Below are positions 34,410 to 39,687 of a stretch of 39,687 nt of DNA, piece after piece. Location of the stretch: the NCBI RefSeq assembly GCF_006345805.1, contig NW_021826265.1, forward strand, positions 1 through 39,687, in the 5' to 3' direction. Each line of letters opens with the position of its first letter. Position 1 is the first letter of the stretch. The notes under the pieces were generated by a model. The model was not told the DNA's origin. It did no database searches and saw only the letters and a list, made by a program, of their open reading frames with translations. Made by a program: the position numbers and the translations under genes. This DNA is from Octopus sinensis (taxonomy: Eukaryota).

Positions 34410-35540
34410 AATAACAGAGAAGGTATGTGGAGTAGAAGAAAGAGTAGTATTATTGAAGGGAGAGGAGAAAAAATAATAACACAGTGAAGGAGAAGTAGCG
34501 AGAGTAAAAGACCTGTGTAGGAGAGAGTGGGAGAAATAATAGTAATGGGGGAAAGGATGTGGCAAAGGGCGAATCATGTATTTTATGTCTTTCTCCGTCA
34601 CAACATGATTGGGAAAGGAAGGGGTGAAAAAAATATCAGCGTTTCAACTCTGTGTGAGTATAAGTGTGCATGCGTGTGTGTGTGCAAAGAAGTATGTGAA
34701 TGAATGCGTGATTATTTTGTACCTTATTTTGTACCGTACTAATATAGAAAATGCTACAAGTAGCCGTTATTACTGACGGCACGGAGTCAGCTATGAGGTA
34801 ATAATGAGCGAGAGAGCGGGGGTGGGGAGACCGTCATACCTATGTTTTATAGGGAGGAAGATTCAAATGAGACAAAAAGAAAGAGACGGAAAGGTTTACC
34901 GCTGGTAGAAAAAGTGAGAGAGGGAAAGTGGGTCATAGAACGGGAATGGTAGATGTTTTAGTAAAAGCAGTAAAGTATGAGGTAAGACAGAAAGTATAAT
35001 AAGCGGTGTGATACAGTAATATATAATGAGATTGCATAGATGGAAAGAGAGAAAGATGAGACAGATGTGTTAGTAAGAGAGGGCGAGTATAGGTGTTATA
35101 CAAAGTAAAAGAGGCAGAGGGGTAGAGTTAATATATAAGGACATGGCGGATAGGGAGAGAAAGATAGTGATGGAGGTTTTAGTAAGAGAAGGAGAGTGTG
35201 GTGTAGGAGAGAAAACAAAAAAAAGACAGTGTGATATAATATAGAAGGTAACAGAGAGGGAAAGCGTAACAGAGAGGGAGAGAAGAATGATAGCTATGCT
35301 TTGTGAAAGATGGATAGTATGAGTTGAGGGTGAAATCACGGAGAATGCAAATGGTATATATGCGCAGGAAAAGAGAGGGTGAGCTATGAGAGAAAGCGAG
35401 GGAGGTTGTGTTGATCTACTATAATAATACTCTTGTGTTTTTCTCCGACACAGCATATGAACGAGAAGGGAAGTGGTGAGAGATGAATGAGTAAGGAAGG
35501 GAAGATGGCAAACTTGGTAGTGGGATGATGGAAATTCTAC
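34410..35540. repeat. Purine-rich low-complexity region
   Basis: Strong A/G skew on the + strand with degenerate GA/GGA units. Confidence 0.7.
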
Positions 35541-36004
35541 GGCGAACAAAGACATTATTTAATAGTCAGGAGGTCTATTTGTTACGTAGTATTACATTTA
35601 AGTGACTAAGTTTAATATTAATTAATATTTTGGTCAACTCTATAAGTGAGTGAAATATTAAATCTATATAAGCTTTATATAAATTAATACTATAGTAAGT
35701 TTATATAATAGGTGTGTATATATTTGAACCATTTTCTATTTTTAATTCTAATATTTATAGCTTGTACTAGCATTTTGTATATGAAGTTTCTTTAGTACAT
35801 AAGTGAAAAATCTAAAGAGTGTAGAATCACATATGGAACATAAGTGATGTATTTGCCACGCGTGAAAAAATATTGATTTTTACATGGGATCAACCTAATG
35901 ATCGGTCACATACACACAAACATCGTGCCAATAATATAAATGATTATTTAAGGTTTGAGTTATATTTAAAATATATTTTTAAAAAAACAACAAAGTACTG
36001 TGTC

Positions 36005-36071
36005 TACTTAGCGGATTTTACTTCTCGCTGGGGTTTAGAACGTAACACACGTCATAGTCGAGGGATTGCCG
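36005..36071 (-). mobile_element. Tigger/pogo-like TIR (element end)
   Basis: Minus strand TA|CGGCAATCCCTCGACTATGACGTGTGTTACGTTCTAAACCCCAGCGAGAAGTAAAATCCGCTAAGTA resembles CAGTAATCCCTCG-type Tigger-like termini. A second inverted copy lies at 36446-36508. Confidence 0.55.
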
Positions 36072-36122
36072 TATATATAATATATATATATATATTATAT
36101 ATATATATATATTATATATATA

Positions 36123-36166
<44 letters not shown>

Positions 36167-36167
<1 letters not shown>

Positions 36168-36380
36168 TGTGATCTCTTGAGCACCACCAGCTCAAATATT
36201 TTTTCCCTCTGTCTTCCCTTCTTGGGATCTTTCCGTCTCTTGTTTCCGACGAAGAGCTCCGCTCGAAATGTTAACCCCGTTCCCTTCTTTCATGACGTCA
36301 ATAATACTTTAATTGTCCACGTCCTGCGTTGCTGTGTTTTTTCTCTCTTTTTTTCTGTGTTTCTTGTTTGGATTAACTTT
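36167..36380 (+). mobile_element. PLE terminal-repeat-like short element in (TA)n, with a decayed hammerhead at 36242-36275
   Basis: GTTT-CCGACGA-A-GAGC TCC GCTC-GAAA-TGT-T-AAC is a CUGANGA core with U4C, an extra A before stem II, a 4-bp stem II, GAAA and an ACGU palindrome mutated to AUGU. Confidence 0.6.
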
Positions 36381-36386
36381 ATATAT

Positions 36387-36419
<33 letters not shown>

Positions 36420-36924
36420 TATATATTATGTAACATATATGTATGATCCATCGACTATCACGTGTATTACATTCCAAAACCCAAGTGAGAAGTAAAATCC
36501 GCTAAGTATTAATGTGTGTGTGTGTATGTGTGTGTGTGTGTTTGTGAGTATGTGTATTTAAGCGTAGATAGTTATGTCTATAAAACACCCATACACATGC
36601 ATTCACTTGAATGTGCGTGTCTATGTTTGTATGTTGTGTGTGCCAGTTAGTGTATATGTGTGTGTGCGTGTGCGCGCATTCTAGTTCTGTTTGCACGTAT
36701 GCATATTTCCGTTTGAGGTCATAGGCTGACCTTTTGCTAATTTACAACCAGCACAGCTAGAACGGTCGCTCGAAGCTGCTTTTCCCTACGCTTGCAGCTG
36801 TTACTTTTCCCAATATCTAACCTGTTATCTTTCACATTTTATTTGCTTCGGTCAATGAACTGCGACCATGCTGGTGCCCCACCTTGAATACGTATGGAAA
36901 ACTGTTAATTCAGAATAAAGTACA

Positions 36925-37148
36925 TATTTTTACTTTACTTACTTTTACTTTTTACTTGTTTCAGTTTGTGACTGTGGCCATGCTGAAGCACCGCCTTCAG
37001 TCGAGCAAGTCGCCCCCAGGATTTATTCTTTGTAAGCCTAGTACTTATTCTATCGGTGTCTTTTGCCGATGTTGGGGGGACAAATGCAGACACACAAACA
37101 TATACACACACATACATACATACATACATGCATACATACATACATACA

Positions 37149-37198
<50 letters not shown>

Positions 37199-37367
37199 CA
37201 TGTACGATGGGCTTCTTTCAGTTTCCGTCTACCAAATCCACTCACAAGGGTTTGGTCGGCCCGAGGCTATAGTAAAGACACTAGCCCAAGGTGCCACGCA
37301 GTGGGACTGAACCAGGAACCATGTGGTTGGTAAACAAGCTACTTACCACACAGCCACTCCTACGCCT
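36925..37367 (-). mobile_element. Near full-length SINE family A with internal (CATA)/(CA)/(TA) microsatellite
   Basis: Collinear with 5755-6154; head AGGCGTAGGAGTGGCTGTGTGGTAAG. Confidence 0.9.
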
Positions 37368-39548
37368 ACATGCAGAATTTTGTAGAAAAAAGTAAAAGTA
37401 AATTCTGTATTTTAGTTTCTAATTCTATGTTAAAGCAAATTTTATAAAACTTGGCTCTAAATTGTTTCAGGCACGTTATGGAACGAGATGTTGAGTAGAT
37501 AAAAAAGAAATGTGTTATTAGTAGCACGATGCCCAAGAAGAAGCTACAGTATTCTTATTTGATATATTAAAAATATTATTGAAATATCATTCACATATCG
37601 CTTCTGACAGAAAATCTGTAGCAATAGATAGCAATATGACAGTTATATAGACTGGTTAAAAAATTGCAACCAAATACCGTACGTCACCCAGCAAATTATA
37701 TCGTGACACTGTAACAATCATATCTTTTATAAAGCTCAAATATATTGGATTTCATTATGCAACGCCGGGCTGGTGCAAAATCACACACATGTTTCTAAAG
37801 AGGTGTGAAATTAGTGTATGTGCTCTGAAATATATATAACATTAGATTAAGAACCCGAGAGAGTATAATAAACACAACGAAACCCTTTACAAACACAGCA
37901 TTCAATTTCTGTAGAAGATGCAGGCTACCCACAGCTATTGTCACACCGTTGACAGTTAATTACGTATAAGCATAAGCAGCCCATACATTAATCACATACC
38001 GATGAATGCCCACCCTAGCAGAGATGCATATTCATAACGCTTAAGAATTTCAAGCTGTGCAGCAAGTATATTTGTCTTGAATCTTGTACTTAATTAAGTA
38101 CTCAATTTGTCAAATCAGTACTCAAATAAGTACTCAATTTGTCAAATTGAGTACTTATCAAAATAATCAGTGTACCCATATAAATTTTATTTTATATGAA
38201 TCAAATGCATTCCAAATATTAAATAGGCATGCCCACTATCAAAATGTATGGGGTAGAAAGGGCTCCTTCGCCGTAGTGAAGGCAATCTATCTAGGGAGAT
38301 AACCTTACAATAAATCACTCGGTCCGTAGCTTAGAAATACTGGGTTGACGTCCAGCGGGAACAGCTTTGTTTCATGGAGGAGGAAAGATCTTCTTTAGTA
38401 CTTGGTTGTACAATGCTTTCCAATGTGTGTAGTAGTGGCGCGCGCACACATTATTAGCCATTTGAAAAGTCTATGAAAGTCTCGACCACGGTCGAACAAT
38501 GATGATGATGATCAAAATGTAGAACACATTATTACATCAAACCATAATCTAACGCTTAATAAGTCTACAATATAAAAAGATACATTTATCAACAAAGAAC
38601 ATCACGTCTCTTAACCCTGTGTATAATAATTGATTGTTATCTGACTAGAAAATTACTATTTTTCAATCACACAAGATGTGATATTCAGCAAGAGTACTTT
38701 GTAGTAAAGATTGTTTGCCAACATGACATGGCAGTTCTGGTCATCTGACTAGTTACAAAGTCAGAGAATCCACGAGTTCTGCCGTTACATCGGTTATCGA
38801 AGCACGACACTTGATTCGTTGCAGGTTATGCATATTCATCAAGGGTCTATACATTTCTCTAAATCGCACAATACAAAGCGAAAATATTATGAAAATCAAC
38901 AGAAAAGGACAGGTTCGTTCTAGTAAGATACTGCCACCATGCCAGTCCAGATTTTCAACACAAAACAGAATGAGGCATCATCGATATTGACCCATATAGT
39001 GAATTTGAGAAATTAGAATTCAGGTAGTGATATTTATATCGCAATCACGGCTACGATACCGATAGTCCAGCAGCAACAGATTCCCAAAATACTCCATCCA
39101 GAGGAAATTCGATAATGGATTTCGGATTTTTACTGTTCCAGACTGCAAGAATTCATGCGAAAAATAAACAATTGATTTAGTATTAACTGTAAAGTTATTG
39201 TTTCGGCATGGTTTTAATACGTTTTTCATATACTCACCATCACAGGTACATACACATACGAGCATATTTTTGTACGTGCATGTGTGTATGTGTGCGTGTT
39301 CGTGTGTGTATTAGTGTTCCTATACATGTGTAGTGCTCCCTCTGTATATATATATATACATATATACATGTATATATATATATATATAACATACTTTATG
39401 CATATGCGAGTATGCGCGTATATATATAATATATATATATGTATATAAAAAGAGACATTAGCAGATAGATAGATGTATAATAATATACCTATATATACAC
39501 AAACATTAACATATATGTGTTTGTGTGTGTATGTGTATATATATGTAT

Positions 39549-39587
<39 letters not shown>

Positions 39588-39687
39588 TATTATTTATATA
39601 TATATATATTATATATATATATATATATATTAGATAAGCATATGTATATATATATATAATATATAACCTCTTATACTTTATAGACTT

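Noticed and set aside
35070-35555. 161-aa Ser/Leu-rich ORF (also 14047-14463)
   Set aside because: Antisense reading of purine-rich low-complexity DNA; no motifs.
39020-39265. 81-aa ORF and ATG|GTGAGT donor-like site at 39238
   Set aside because: Starts in microsatellite, has no acceptor or promoter context and no recognisable domain.
770-39687. Dozens of YI/HT/CV-rich ORFs (e.g. 977-1234, 7583-8095, 29521-29961, 31228-31608)
   Set aside because: They are translations of (TA)n, (CA)n and (TG)n microsatellites, which lack stops in some frames; no coding signal.
1-39687. CRISPR arrays, rRNA, snRNA or prokaryotic operons
   Set aside because: No regularly spaced repeat-spacer array or recognisable rRNA/snRNA sequence; the DNA is clearly eukaryotic repeat-rich sequence.

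Overview
AT-rich, microsatellite-saturated eukaryotic DNA (intergenic/intronic). It is most likely from an Octopus genome; this is inferred from the tRNA-derived SINE families, the (TA)n/(CA)n/(GATA)n load and the retroelement types, not proven. I find no intact protein-coding gene, and nearly all listed ORFs are simple-repeat or SINE artefacts. Recognisable coding remnants are a frameshifted Penelope-like (PLE) reverse transcriptase (4370-5400, minus), two Dong/R4-type RLE-endonuclease 3' ends (24660-25735, minus) and a Tc1 transposase C-terminus with an IR/DR end (33275-33790, minus). The most interesting signals are non-coding. (1) A complete minimal type I hammerhead ribozyme at 5589-5680, antisense to and upstream of the PLE RT. 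(2) A second hammerhead core embedded in an 80-bp foldback that would sequester its cleavage site (12920-13174). (3) A decayed third hammerhead (36242-36275). (4) A young 464-bp element with 105-bp direct repeats, a 12-bp TSD and a structured core, resembling a retrozyme (21758-22221). (5) A foldback whose arms are two divergent tRNA-like Pol III cassettes, each with a T5 terminator (17472-17892). (6) A candidate minus-strand TATA/Inr promoter with a non-coding exon (19972-20330). Several near-perfect long hairpins are also present.
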